Assembly: GCF_009914755.1 (NCBI RefSeq)
Contig: NC_060925.1
Direction: 5' to 3' (one strand)
Length of the DNA: 64,000 nucleotides
Source of the DNA: the human T2T-CHM13v2.0 reference genome, Homo sapiens
Shown here: one piece after another, positions 1-16,321 of the stretch
How positions within the stretch are numbered: the stretch's first letter is position 1
How the letters are laid out: the number at the start of each line of letters is the position of its first letter
Notes under the pieces: model-generated
Seen by the model: only the letters and a program-made list of their open reading frames with translations
Databases searched by the model: none
What the model was told of the DNA's origin: nothing
Program-made: the position numbers and the translations under genes

Positions 1-276
1 ATGAATGTCATTTAGTGTCCTTTCCTCATTTTCAAAGTAGTTTATTGTTTAGAAAACAGAAAAGAAAACCTAGTACACATCCCTAGCTATTTCTCAGGAA
101 ACATTCTCAGAAGTAGAATTACTAAGTTAAAGACTATGCATATTTTAAAGCTACTTGATAAATATTTCCCAAGTATCCACCAAAAAGGTTGAACCAATTT
201 ACACTCCACAAAGGAGCAGAGAAGAACATCTATTTCCATGTACTCATGCCACCTCTGAATTTCATTTTAAATTTTA

Positions 277-960
<684 letters not shown>

Positions 961-1034
961 GCTGAAATGTCCAGAAATGTGTCCCAGCGCTGATGGCATC
1001 TGGTACACTTTGTCAACTTGATAGGGATAAAATG

Positions 1035-1468
1035 ATAGGTTTCTGTGTAGTGAAGAATTAACTTAGGGCTTTTGGCTACCGGGAGGTGATCTCTAGGCCC
1101 CTGGAATGCCCAGCGTGTTATGAGTATCTTTGTTGGCCTGAGGGCTTTGGCCACCAGTCTAGAGATGTGATTTATGGTGAGGGCTTTGACCCTCTGGACA
1201 TCAAAGGCTCAGGTGAGCATCACTGGTTGGCAGTATTCTGTATGTATTGTCACACATCGTAACCAGGAGGTAACACAATCCATGACTCTGTAGAGAGAGG
1301 AAGATGGGAAGCCCTGTGCATGGACCCCTCCAGGCTCTGCCCTATGTCGCTTCCCTCTGCTGATTTTATTATCTGTGTCCTTTTGCTATAATAAAATTGT
1401 AAGCATAATAAAACTGCTTTCCTGAGTACTGTGTGTCATTCTTGTGAATTACCCAACCTGAGGGTGGC
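1035..1468 (+). mobile_element. MER21-like LTR fragment
   Basis: Resembles MER21C: GGGAGGTGATCTCTAGGCCCCTGGAATG ... TTGTCACACATCG ... AATAAAA ... AACCTGAGGGTGG. Confidence 0.6.
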
Positions 1469-1499
1469 CAGACAAGGTCTCTCGGCTTTTTCTTTTTTA

Positions 1500-2900
1500 A
1501 GTACTTTAACTTTGTTAATTTTTTTGTTGTAAATAGCTTATTATTAATTATTTGCTTATTAATTTAGTTTGTAGCTTTAAGTTATTATATAACCAGTTCT
1601 ATCAGTCTTTTCCTTTACAGCTTTTCTGTACTTACAAAGGTCTTTCTCACTACAAAATTATATAGGCATTCATCTTTATTTTCAAGTTTTTTAGTGTCCT
1701 TCTCCCACATTTAACTAATTCCATTTGGAATTTGTTTTCTTGTACTCTTTTAGGTAAAAATCTATTGTTACTTTTTCCCAAACTGATTCTCAATTGACCC
1801 AAAACCACCTTTTGCCTCACTGTATTTTTCTTCATTTTTATCACATGCTAAATTCCCACATACACTAGGGTTCATACGTGGTCACTCTATTCTGTTCCAT
1901 CTATATACAGTTCATCACTCTTGTCTTCAGATTCTGTGGGTTTATAATACATATTAATATCCCATTGCAAACATTTTTCCTACTTATTGTTCCTATTCAA
2001 AATATTCTTAGTTTTCTTATTCTTCCATCATAAAATTTTCTGCACCCCAAGAAAATGTTTTACTCAGAACATAAAAGAAAAATTAAAATCACATCATCAA
2101 TTCCCATCACACCTGCCCCTCCCCAGTAAAATCCCACTAGAATTTTTTATTGGAATTGCACTAAACTTAAATATTAATTTGGGAAAATTTGTATACCTAC
2201 AAAACTGAATCTTTCCATTCAGAAACATGGTATGTCCCCCAGTAAAAACAAATACATTTTTATCCTAGTACTTCTATTTCTTTAATTAAACCCTGACTAA
2301 ATTAGAGAGTATCTAGGTAGAAGACTCACATTGTCCACCAAAGTCTACCATGGGTTAATTTTGTTTCAAAAACATTAAAACCTATACAACATGAAAAAAA
2401 TAAATAAATACATTTTATAAATTGTTTTAAGTTGGCATCCTTCATACAGGTCTAGCAAGTTTCTTGTTAACTTCAAGGAAATAGCATTTTTATGGCTCTT
2501 AATACACACTGCTCCAGGAAATTTCCACTTCCACCAGCATCATATAAGACTGAATGGGTCCCCCTGAAAATTTGAGCTGATTAAAAAGTATCTCACTGTA
2601 GATTTAAAGTGTACTTCTTTGACCACATATATTTATCAGCTGATTGTATTTTTTTCTTTGTGAACTGTATCTTTTGCTTATTTTCTATACTTCGACTTAC
2701 CAAGTAGAAGTATTTTTCTCAATAGGTCATTTGCCTCTTAATTTTATTATATTTTCTGATATATAGAATTAAAAAGCTTTCCATACTGGCAAATCTCTTC
2801 TTTGTGGTTTCTTCAGTGGCATTTATGCTTAGTGAGTCTTACAATTCAAAGATCATGTAATATTTGTGTATATTTTCTTCTATTTATTTATATGTTCTAC
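1500..2900 (-). mobile_element. Highly decayed L1M(E) fragments
   Basis: T-rich stretches with antisense L1 ORF2/3' signatures (e.g. TTTATTGGAATTGCACTAAAC, CAAAACTGAATCTTTCCATTCAGAAACATGG). Confidence 0.5.
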
Positions 2901-3504
2901 TTGTTTTATATCTCATGCTTAAGGTCTGAAGAAAGCTGAAAGATCAGTCTTATCCAAGCTCATGTGTAACACAGACTGAGTAAAAGTCCAAGGTCATCTG
3001 CCTCCAAGTTCAGAGCTCTTTGCACAACTTTCATTTAGCATGTATCTTCATGTACCCACCATGTGGCAAATAAATGAGGCTTCAGAGAGTAACATAAAGC
3101 ACAACCCTCATCTAAAGAAGTTAAATAATTGCACCTATAAAACAATCTGAGACTGCCCCACCCCATCAATACAAGCTGAGTGAGTGACAAGCTACGTGCA
3201 GAGAGAGAGGAGAGCTCTGTATGCCAACAGCCAGAAGCTGTCATGGAAGGTAGATCTGAGTTCTGCAGATCCAGTCCTGGAGGAGTAGATTGAGTTCACT
3301 GTATCCCAGCTGAGCATATCTCTTCAACTTTCACTGATGAAGACATTTCAGAACAAAGAGCTTCTTTCCTAATCAACCACACAATGTACATGCAAATGTC
3401 TTACATTGTTACAGTCAGCAGAACTCCTCGCTCCAATTATTTCATGATCAGTCTTGTTTCTTTCTTCTGTTCTGCTATTTACTACCTATAATGGTCAATT
3501 CCTA

Positions 3505-3515
3505 ATGACTCAGCA
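3505..3515 (+). promoter_or_regulatory. Candidate distal ARE ATGACTCAGCA
   Basis: Exact consensus 11-mer in apparently non-repetitive sequence. Motif match only. Confidence 0.45.
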
Positions 3516-5329
3516 GCACACAAAATGTTTCTTCTCCAGAATCCCCAACATCTCAAAATTAGACTCTGCCATAGTGAGCACAGCTACTGTCCTTTGGATA
3601 CCACACTAGCAGCCCAGCCTCTGCCCACCTGCAGCAGGGGTTCAGGGGGCACCAGTGGCTCTGCCTTACTGACTCTTATCAGAGAGTGAATGCCCTGAGT
3701 GGCAGCCTGTGGCCTCAATCCTGCTATCCCTCACAGAAGTCAGGAGGAAAGGGACAACTGAAGGAAAGAAGAGAAGAAAGTTGTATGTGACAAGAAGCTA
3801 AATAACACCAAGTATTGCTGTAGGTGCCAGTCAGTGACACCAGGGACACAGGCTGTCTAAGTCAACTGGAAAGGCCACTGAATCTTCTGCAGGCTTGCTT
3901 GTGACCAGAAGGCCGCATGATCCCTCCCCTCCTGCCACCACCAAACACAAAATTTCTAAACAATTCATCAAGCCTACCCTCCTCCAAAATTCAGAGGCTT
4001 GGGGGGAAGGTTGTTTGCTGCCAAAAGATCTAACAGAAGAAAGCTTACATGCTGATCAAGTTTTAATAACATGGTTAACAAGAAATGTACACCATTTAGC
4101 AAGCACACAAAGACTGTGGGTAGGAACTACTGAACCCTGGAGTGTCTGGCTCCCAAGCCCATTTTCTGCCTACCTTTGGCATAGCTTCATAGTTACTACA
4201 TTCAGAGAATCCCTTCCTACCCTTATTCTATTGAAAGGATGTGCTCTTCCCTTGCTTTTGGTCTAGGGCCTGGTTGGAGCTAACTAGGCTTGGCTGAGTC
4301 TGGGAAAGACCTTCTTCCGTTGCATGGACAAGCCCCAGAGAACATGCAGAACATCGACCTTTACACTGTCTGTCTTTCAGGCAGCCAGTGAAATCACTAT
4401 GTGGGGATCTTCCATGACATATTTTGTTAATATGGGTTTCACTTTTTCCAAGAATAGTCCCTTGTTGCCACAATGTTGATTTACTTTATACAATGACAGT
4501 ATGTATTAATTTCTAATTAAACCCATCCAGATTGTTTTAGCCTTTTCCCAATGGGGTGGGGGAGGGAAGAATAATATTAAAATAAGTTTTAAGAAGTAAA
4601 AAAGAAAAAAAAACCTACCCTCCTCCTGGGTGAGAAACACAGTTCTGTCCATGCTTAATTCCACCTTGCTTGAAGATGATGCTGTTCTTCCACACTATAG
4701 AAAACTATATTATCTGACAGCAGAAGCTTCAAACCAGAATATAACTTTCATTCTGGTGGATAACTCATCCCCTTTCTTATTCATATAAGAACCAAGCACT
4801 TTGGTCAAAGCAGTTAAACAGTAAATCAGTGAAGCCTCTTGTTGAATCATCTTTTCTCATTTTATTTGCTTGCATTGTGTGATCCTCATACCAGCTCCTA
4901 CGTAGACTAAAAATAGGTTTATTTTTTAATAAGATGCAATATCTAGACATTATGAAATGACACATTCTCAATCTTTCCTAAAAATAATTAATGCAATCTG
5001 TAAGGTTTAAAATCCATCAAAGCAAAATACAGGCTATACATATTAATACAATCTAATATTAATCACTAAATTTCTAAATCTTTAGTTCTAAGTAATTTTG
5101 TCGCAAGGTGAAGATGTTTAAAATCCCAGTAGAAAATATTCTGATTGTCAAAAATAGACAATAAAGATGGAAATAAAAATAAAAGCTTAGAATATTATTG
5201 TTACTAAACCTCTGAGTGCAGTCAGAGCAGGGGTAACCTCCTCTCAGGGCCTGTGCCCAAGGAAACCAAAACAGTTCAACTCCAACCACCACATTCACCC
5301 CAAAGCCCAGCAGGCTCCTCATCTTCCAT

Positions 5330-5505
5330 TCCACAGTCCACTTTTTTCTCCTATCCACCCTCTCCAAACTTTTCCTCCCTACTTGCTTCTTTTACTTCTC
5401 ACCCTTTTCTTCTTTTTCATCCTTTTTCCCCTCCCTTCTCTTTGCTTTTCCTAGTTTCTAACTCAATCTCACTTCCTCTCCTTCCTTATAGCTCCCCTCC
5501 CTTAC
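5330..5505. repeat. CT-rich low-complexity tract
   Basis: Nearly pure polypyrimidine on the + strand. Confidence 0.7.
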
Positions 5506-5509
5506 CATT

Positions 5510-5808
<299 letters not shown>

Positions 5809-6220
5809 TTATTACTTGTTTTCAGAAGTCTTAGTTTTCATTTTTAAAGTGGGCGCTTTAAACAGTGTCTGGTTTTCACTCTAAAAGGGAATTTATTTGT
5901 GTATAGGTGAACAAGAATGTGTGTTTGCATACTTGTGTTTCTGATGTTCCCCGTGGTGTGGAGAGAGTAGTCACATTTTACCTCCACCCAAAGAACGTAT
6001 GCTTAACTCTCCAGGGTGAAGGGCAAGGCAAAAACTAACACCCATTCCTCAGGACAGGACTGGTAAGGTCTTACCAGGTTTGCTGACGAAGGTCTCATCC
6101 ATCTTTCACATGAGGTGGCTCCAAAAAGGTGGATCAAAATGCTGAAGTTCCCAACTGCTCCAAAGCAGGGCTGGAGAGTGAATTTTGAGTAACAGCCTGG
6201 TAAACTGAGGAATAAGAAGC

Positions 6221-6428
6221 CAATGTTGTGCTGGTAATGTTTAATAACTGGATCTGGGTTGGGAGGAGAGTGATGAAAAACCTGAGTTGTAGTATTTTCT
6301 GCTTTCTATGGTGTAAATGCTCTTACCCTGACCGATTTCAAGCTCCCCCTGTGAAATAACTGAATGCTGAGTTGGGAGTAAATGCACAGTAAGTCCACGT
6401 TCTATAGTATAGTATTCCCACCACACAG
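6221..6428. mobile_element. MER63-like hAT MITE
   Basis: CCAATGTTGTGCTGGTAATGTTTAATAAC start, internal ATGGTGTAAAT...CCGATTTCAAGC, ends CCACCACACAG. Confidence 0.5.
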
Positions 6429-6660
6429 ACCAGGACCGCCAGGATCAGACCTTCATTCAGGAAAAACAGGTCATGTCCTGATGGAGTTCAAGAGTATCCA
6501 AGTGATCCTGCTCCCCCAACTCCTCCCCAGAACCCCTTCAAAACAAAACCAAATGCAACACCTCTCCCACATACCTAAGAATTTCAATCATTTGCTTCTA
6601 AAACTTCTTTGTTGCCTTTAAAATGAAAATGTCCCTGAGAAATCTAATCCACTCAGGTTT

Positions 6661-7176
<516 letters not shown>

Positions 7177-10100
7177 TAAGTCTAACAGATCCTTGCCAGA
7201 CAGTGAGCCTTGAGATGGGCAGGAAAGAAGGTGAGCAACATGTGGGCACTATTAGGGTCCATTTTGCCTCTTCCCTTTGGGGCAGTACCGCTGGCCATGT
7301 ATATCAAATTGAAAACAGATTAAATGTGGTTATGCAGAAAAGATGAGAAAGAATAAGTCAGAAACTTTTAAATGCCATCTAAGGATTCTATGGCTGAAAG
7401 TATGAGAAGCCAGAACAATGTTGTTTTTTAAAGGAGAAAAATACATTATTATTTTAATAATAAAATGAACTGCTAATAAGAAATTGATAATAGCTTGAAA
7501 ACAACCTAGATAATGGTTAAATAAATTTTGATACTCACATACATGCATACAATGATTACAATGGAATCCTCATGCAGTCAATGGAATATAATGCAGCCAT
7601 TTAAAATGATAAAATATTTCTATATTTGATATGACAAGATTTTCAAGATATATTATTAAGGGAAGAAATATTATACAATAGTAGATGTAAAAATGTCCTA
7701 TTTTTGAAGAAAGATAGATGTAGATATAGATAGCGATTGATATAGATATAAATAGACACATATTTATACACACACACCCTCAGGCTCTTGACTCCAGGAC
7801 CTCTCTCCCCCGTAAAGTCACCCCTAATTCTTTTTTGGAGTCTTCATGGGTTACTTCTAATAACTTGCTCATTGTTTTTCCTTCATGTTCCTCCACTTTG
7901 GTCCTCTCTTCACCCTTGCTCCACCAATATCATAGTTACTGGTAGAATGCTAGTTCCCAACACAAGGCACTGTTTTCTAGAACTCCCTGATGCTACAAAA
8001 CTGATGCAGTGGAGTTCACTTCAGTGCTGACTGTGCTGCAGTCCTGCTATGTTCTGATTGAAATGTAGAGAAAGCCCCTTTCCAACTCTTGTTTTCTTTG
8101 TCATCTAAGCCATTAGCCTATAGTCTTTGTTGCCACAGAGGCCTAAGATTTAGTCTACAGAACAGGGTGAGCTCTTTGGGAAATCAGAAGAAAAGGGACA
8201 GGAAGACACAAAACACAACACTACCAAATTCTTTCCATTCCCCAATTTTGTTCACCAGGAGATTCCACTTCAAGCCTTGTCCAAATACCAAAATCGAAAC
8301 CATTTATTTAAATCAACCTTTGCATACCAACACCCACTCCACCCGACCCCTTTCTCCAACACAGCAAGGCTGTGATCCCAGATCAGGCTCAACTATTCCC
8401 CACCCAAACCAACCAAGCAGCCTGCAAACACACACACAAACACACACACACGTATCTGTACACATACTCTGAACTAAAACCAGTATTTACTTCTAGATGG
8501 TAGGATGATGAGTGTTTTTTTTTCTTATTATTTACATTTTCTGTTTTTTTCGTACAAAAAGTTTGGATAATTTATAAAATGTTCTAATATAAATTTTAAA
8601 TTTTCACTCAAGATCACACACATAACATTAAGTGCTTCTCTTTGGATAGTCAGGTTTTGGGAAATTCTGGGTTTTTTTTTAATTTTTTGAAAACTTTCAA
8701 ATTTTCTGTAATGATTATAATCCCTTTAAAGGAAAACATATACCTTCATTTTTCTAATACATAAAACTGACTCTTTCAGGGAAAAGAAAATTTAAAAGGG
8801 AAGGGACTGGTTCTTAGAGGTAATAACTGAACTTCTGGTAAAGGATAAGATCCTTTCAGAGAGAATAAGTATTGGTAGGCTGGCTGGTAGAAGAGAAAGG
8901 GGTGGGAGAAGAGAAGAATGAATCAGAGGCTAAATAAATGAACTGGGAAGGAAGAGGAAGATTGCTTATGAAGAGCATACAAAAGACAGATGACAGGAGT
9001 GGTTGCACACTGTCACCTGCATTCTAGAGGTAAACTAGGTTTGCTATGGTTAGCTTCAAAGTGAGGTTCTTGAATTGTATTCCTCCTAAACAGGCTTTAC
9101 CCGCTCAGCCAGCAAATGAAAGCCACAAGTAAAAATACCTGAAGTGACAGATGTGGTCTTTAAAGGGATAGTCATGGTTTCTACTTCAAAGAATAAAAGG
9201 ACAGGATTAGTGTCAGTCATTGTATCTTGAGAGAGGTAGTACAGATAGAAGTGAAAAAAGAATATAAAAGAAAGTACAGTCAAGAGTGAATTCAATAAAG
9301 CCTACCTCTTCTGCTGATTACAGCTAAAAACTCTGGACAAAATACAAAAAACAACTACCTAAGGACTCTGAAAGGTAAAGAAATGCAGTCAGATTATGAA
9401 GAGAAGTCAAAAACTGAAACAGCAATTTGCACAGGATTAAGTTTCTCATTTTATTTCCTCTTTCTTTTCACAGGCTTTGGCTGAAAGCAATCACACAAAT
9501 GAGCTGCGATGGGGGTGCTGCAGACAGCTAATACTTTCAGATAAATCCCTTCTGTCTAGAAAGAAGGCTGGGATCCTTTAAGCTGAAGAACATAGAAAGG
9601 AATCCTTGCATTCTCATTCCCTCCCCCATTTTCACAGCTTGCCTAGCAGAGCCAGGGTGAAAAGTAGCATGGTCGGCTAAAATCCCAATAGAAATTCTGT
9701 TTTTCTAGTTAAACAAACAGAAAAGGGCTCCTGTGGTCCAGAGAGTACTGGAGTAAGTCAGTAGGTAAATTTTCTCTCTCTTTTTTCCATCTCCACATAG
9801 CACCCAAAATGGTCCTGGTCACAGGACCTGGTAGCAACACAGGCAGCCAAAACTCCAAAAGAACCCCGGTCTATTGAGCCAGAGGATGAGGAATAGAAAA
9901 CATATAGGTAGGTGACTATGGGGAGTCCCGGAGATAAGAGATTAGAGAAATGGATCTCCTAACTCTGTGTATGACCTAGCACAGGCCCAGGCTTAACCCT
10001 GAGCTGTGCATGCATGGAACATACTCAAAGCTGCCAAGTAGAGGTTCCGAAAACTGAGATAACATTGGAAGTATCACTCATAAAGTACAGATAGTCTGAA

Positions 10101-10438
10101 CAAAACCAGTGTGATTACCTACTCAAATAAGCAAACAATCTTCCAAATCTCTTGAGGATTTTAATGAAAAACATCCAAATTAAATACTCAGAATGTCCAG
10201 GATACAATCTAAAATCACTCAGCGTACAAAGAACCAATAAAAGTTTACTAATTTGCATGAAAAGTACAGTCAATAAATGCTAACACTGAGAAGACCAAGA
10301 TGGTAGAATAATCAGGCACAGATTTTAAGGCAACTATCGTAACTATGCTCCACAAAGTAAAGATAAACACTCTTGAACAAAGGGAAAAAAACAGAAATTA
10401 TTGGCAGAATAATAGAAACTATAAAAAAAAAGAACCAT

Positions 10439-11735
10439 CTTACAAAATTAAGCATATTTTTAACATACAATCCAGCAATCACATCCCTTGGCATTTATTC
10501 AAATGAGTTAAAAACATATGTCCACACAAAAACCTGCACATGGATGTACATAGTGACTTTATTCTTAACTGCCAAAACCTTGAAGCAGCCAAGACTGTCC
10601 TTCAGTAAGTGAATGAATAAATAAACTGTGTGTAATGGTTAATACTGAGTGTCAACTTGATTGAATTGAAGGATGCAAAGTATTGTTCCTGGGTGTGTCT
10701 GTGAGGGTGTTGCCAAAGAAGATTAACATTCGAGTCAGTGGACTGGGAGAGGCAGACCCCCCCTCAATCTGGGTGGGCACCATCTAATCAGCTGCCAGTA
10801 CAGCTATAAAGGCATGCAGGAGAAGATGGAAAAGTAGACTTGCTCGGTCTTCTGGCCTTCATCTTTCTCCCCTGCTGGATGCTTCATGCCCTCAAACAAT
10901 AAATTCCAAGTTCTTCAGCTTTTGGACTCTTGGACTTACACCAGTGTTTTGCCAAGGGCTCTCAGACCTTCAGCTGCAGACAAGGCTGCACTGTTGGCTT
11001 CCCTACTTTTGAGATTTTGGGACTTGGACTGGCTTCCTTGCTCCTCAGCTTGTAGATAGCTTATTGAGTGACTTTGCCTTGTGATAATGTGAGTCAATAC
11101 TCCCTAATAAACTCCCCTTCATATATACATCTATCCTATTAGTTCTGTCCCTCCACGGAGCCCTGACTAATACACTGTGGTATATCCATACAATGGAACA
11201 TTATTCAGTTCTAAAAGGAATGAGCTATCAAGGCATGAAAATACAAGGAAGAAACTTAAATACATGTTATTAAGTTAAAGAAGCCAATCTGAAAGGATTA
11301 TATATTGTATGATTCCTACTATGCGATATTCTGGAAAAGGCAAAAGTATAGAAACAGTAAAAAAGTCAGTGATTGCCAGAGTTTAGCAGGGAAGGAGAGA
11401 TGAATATGCAGAATATAGACAATTTTTACAGCAGTGAAACTATTCTGTATGATACTATAATGGTGGCTATATGTCATTATAGATTTGTTCAAACCCACAG
11501 AATCTGCAACACCAAGAATAAACCCCTTATGTAAATTATGGACTTTGGGTGATAGTGAGGTTTCAGTATAGGTTCATCACCCGTAACAAAGGTACCACTC
11601 TGGTACCAGATGTTGACAGTGTGGGAGGTTGTGCATGTGTAGGGGTAGAGGGCATATGGGAACTCTCTGTACTTTTCACTCAATTTGTCTGTGAACCCAC
11701 AACTGCTCTAAAAATAGTCTTTTTAAAGTTTTTTT
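10439..11735 (+). mobile_element. L1MC-type 3' end nested in the older L1, itself split by MLT2A
   Basis: CCAGCAATCACATCCCTTGGCATTTATTC...GAAGCCAATCTGAAAGG...TGTAAATTATGGACTTTGGGTGATA...GGGAACTCTCTGTACTT. Confidence 0.75.
10631..11174 (+). mobile_element. MLT2A (HERV-L) solo LTR
   Basis: TGTAATGGTTAATACTGAGTGTCAACTTGATTG...CCCTGACTAATACA, 544 bp. 5-bp TSD CTGTG at 10626-10630 and 11175-11179. Confidence 0.9.
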
Positions 11736-12571
11736 TAAAGAATGAAATGGAAATTTTAGAAGTGAAAAAAATACACTGTGTGAAGTTAAGAAATCAATTG
11801 ATGGGTTCGACAGCAAAATACAGAAAAAAGAAAAAAAGAGTCAGCAAACATAGTGAGACATCAATAGAAAGGGAAAACAGAGGAATTAAAGACAGAGGAG
11901 ACAACTAGAAAATCAATAATAAAATAAATTCAAACATATCAATAATTACATTAAATATAAATTATCTAAGCACACCAATTAAAACATCGAGTTTGTCAAA
12001 TTTGATTAAAAATAAATAAGACCTAACTATCTACAAGAAACCTACTTTAAAAATAAAGACATAGATGGGAATAGAAGTAATAAGATGAAAGAAGAGATAC
12101 CATACAAACACTAATCGAAAGAAAAAATGTAGTGGCTATATTAATATCAAAGTAGATTTCAAAGCAAGAAATACTACTAAAGATAAACAGAGATATTGCA
12201 TAATGGGATAAGGTTCAATTAATCAAGAAAACATAACAATCTTAAATGTACACACCTATTAAGAGAAGTTCCAAAAACTTAAAACAGAAACAGAAATGAG
12301 AACTAGATAAATCCACAACCATAGTTGGAGACTTTGACTTTCCTCTCACAGTAATTGATAGAAGTAGACAGAAAATCAGTACCAACAGATGAGACCCAAA
12401 CAACGTTATGTCCAGTTGACATAATTTACCTTTATAAAACACTCTACCCAACAAAGGTAGAAAACTTTTTTTTTCAAACACACATGGAATATTCACCATG
12501 CTAAACCATATTCTGGACCATAAAACAAACTTTAACAAATTTGGAATAACTGAAGTCATACAAAGAATCTT

Positions 12572-13022
12572 TTTCATGCGCGTCCATGTGAAGAGACCAC
12601 CAAATAGGCTTTGTGTGAGCAATAAAGCTTTTAACCACCTGGGTGCAGGTGGGCTGAGTCCGAAAAGAGAGTCAGAGAAGGGAGATAGGGGTGGGGCCAT
12701 TTTATAAGATTTGGGTAGGTAAAGGAAAATTACAGTCAAAGGAGGTTTGTTCTCTAGCGGATGGGAGTGGGGGTCACAAGGTGCTCAGTGGGGGAGCTTT
12801 TTGAGCCAGGATGAGCCAGGAAAAGGACTTTCACAAGGTAATGTCATCACTTAAGGCAAGGACTGGCCATTTACACTTCTTTTGTGGTGGAATGTCATCA
12901 GTTAAGGCGGGGCAGGGCATTTTCACTTCTTTTGTGATTCTTCAGTTACTTCAGGCCATCTGGGCATATAAGTGCAAGTCACAGGGGATGCGATGGCTTG
13001 GCTTGGGCTCAGAGGCCTGACA
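12572..13022 (-). mobile_element. LTR7 (HERV-H) solo LTR
   Basis: Reverse strand reads TGTCAGGCCTCTGAGCCCAAGC...GGTCTCTTCACATGGACGCGCATGAAA, 451 bp. TSD ATCTT at 12567-12571 and 13023-13027. Confidence 0.95.
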
Positions 13023-13105
13023 ATCTTCTTGAACCATAATGGAACTAAGTTAAAAATTAATAAAAGAAACATATCTAGTAAATCTCCAAATATTTGGAAA
13101 CCAAC

Positions 13106-13836
<731 letters not shown>

Positions 13837-16029
13837 CCAACATACTTCTGGATTACCCATGGGCCAAAAGGAAAGCCACAAAGGAATTTAGAAAAGTAAA
13901 TGAAAGAGAAAATGCAACATATCAAAATTTGCAGAAGGCATTTAAAACGGTGATTTAGAGAAATTTATAAATGCTTATATTGGAAAAGAACAACATCTCA
14001 AATCAAGGATCTAAGCTTGCAAGTGACAAAACTAGAAAAAGAACAGAATAAACCCAAAGTAAGTAGAAGGAAGGAAAGTATTATTAGAAGACCAGAACTC
14101 AAATAAATTGGAAACAGAAAAACAATAGAGAAAATTAATGAAACTAAAAGTTGATTATTTTAAAAGTTCAGCACAATTGATAAACCTCTAGCCAGGATGA
14201 CCAAGAAAAATAAGATGCAAATTAGAAACATCAGAAATGAGAGAAGAAACATCACTATTAACCCCACAGACCTTAAGAGGATAACAAGGGAACAGTACTA
14301 TGAAAAGCTGTTTGTAAATTTGACAAAATGCACTAATTTTTAAAATTAAAAAAAATTACCAAATTCATTCAGGAAGAAAAAAGTTTATGTTAAAGCAATG
14401 ATTTATTTCATATATATGTATGTATAACTTTTAAATTGAATTTGTAGTTTAAACCTTCCAAAAAGAATTCTCTAGGCCCCAGTGGTTTCACTGATGAAGT
14501 TTACCAAACATTGTGGAAGAAATAATAATTTTACATAATCTCTTCCAGATAAAGAAGAGGAAGGAACACTTCTCAATTGATTTTATGAGATTGGCATTAC
14601 CCAATAAAACCAAAAACATTACAATTAAGAAAATGTCAACCCAATATCCTTTAAGAACACAGACACAAAAATCTTATAAAATATTATCAAATTGAATCCA
14701 AAAATATATTTAAAAGATATTAATAATATGGCATGATCAAGTGGGGCTTATCCCCAGAATGCAAGGCTCACTCAACATTTGAAAAGCCATCAATGTAATT
14801 CACCACATCAACAGTCTAAAAAAGAATAATCACATGAATATCTTATTGGATGAAGAAAAAGTTTAGAATAAATTCAGTAATCACTTCATGATAAAAAAAA
14901 AAAAAAAAAAAAAAACTCCAGCAAACAAGAAAGAGTAGGGAACTTCCTTAAACTAATAAAAGGCATCTATGAAAAACCTACATCTAACTTTATACTTCAT
15001 GATGAAAGACTAATGCTTTCCCCCTAAGACTGGGAAGAAAAAGTTGTCCTCTCTTGACACATTCGACAGTGTACTGAAAGTACTAGCCAGTGTAATAAGG
15101 CAATAAAAAGAAGTAAAGGATATAAATATTGGAAGGGAAAAAGCAAAAATATATTTATTCATACATAGATAACATGTTCATGTAGAACATTTCACTGAAT
15201 CTACAAAAAGCTTTTAAACTAGTAAGTGAATTAGCAAGGTGCCAGCATATGTACAAGTCAATATAAAAAAGTTAATTATATTCCGATATACCAGCAATGA
15301 ATAATTGAAATCTGAATTTTTTTCAAAAATACCACTTATAATAGCACCAAAAATAAGGAAAATATTTAGTTATAAACAATAAAATATGTGCACAATCAAT
15401 TTGCTGAATACAAAAGATTGATGAAAAAGTCAAAGAAGATATAAATAAATGTGGAGATACAGTATTCATGGATAAGGAAAATTCAATATTGTTAAAATGT
15501 AAATTCTCCTAATCTACAGAGTTAATGCAATTCCAATTGAAAATCCAAAGGATTTTTGTAGGTTTTTTTGTAGATTTAGACAATTAAAATTTTATATGGA
15601 AAACCAAAATAACCAGATTAGCCAAAAGAAAGAAAACAAAACATAACATTAGAGGTGTCATACTACCTGATTTCAAGACTTTATAGTAGTCAAGATCATG
15701 TGGGATTGGCAAAGGAAAAGATAAATCAATGAAATAGAATTGACAGTCCAGAAATAAACCTTTGTATTTATGGTCAATTGATTTCTTTAAAGATGTAAAA
15801 GGAATTCAGTGGAGAAATTATGGTATTTTTAACAAATGATACTGGAACATTTGGACATTCAGATGCACATAAATTCATACATACATATACACACAATACA
15901 TGCATACATACACACATACATACATATGAAGAATAAGCCTAAACTATATGTCACACCTTATACAAAATGAACTCAAAATGGATCATAGACTATAAAGTCT
16001 AAAGCTAATAAACTTGTAGAAAAAGAAAC

Positions 16030-16321
16030 TATCTTGCCCTTCCGTGTCTTTTAAGAAGTCTTTTCTTTTTTTACCCCCTTGAAAACCCTGTAATTGCCTC
16101 ACCTGGAGCTGATGCCTCACAAAAGAGAGGATGCCCACTCTCCTCAAAATCTACCCCAAACACTTCTTATTGCCACTAGACCCATAACTAGAGTCCAATT
16201 TCAACATGTTCCAGCAGCCTGGAAGTGGCAGCAGGTCTCTGAGTATAACTGTGGCACTGAGCCCAGGTTCCCAGATTTGTCTCGTTCCACTTGCTCTGCA
16301 GAGTATGAGCCAATATAAACT
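16030..16321 (+). repeat. Unassigned ancient repeat, copy A (inverted paralogue of 18630-18921)
   Basis: Hand alignment to the reverse complement of 18630-18921 gives 89/109 identities in the ungapped core (16082-16190). Confidence 0.85.
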
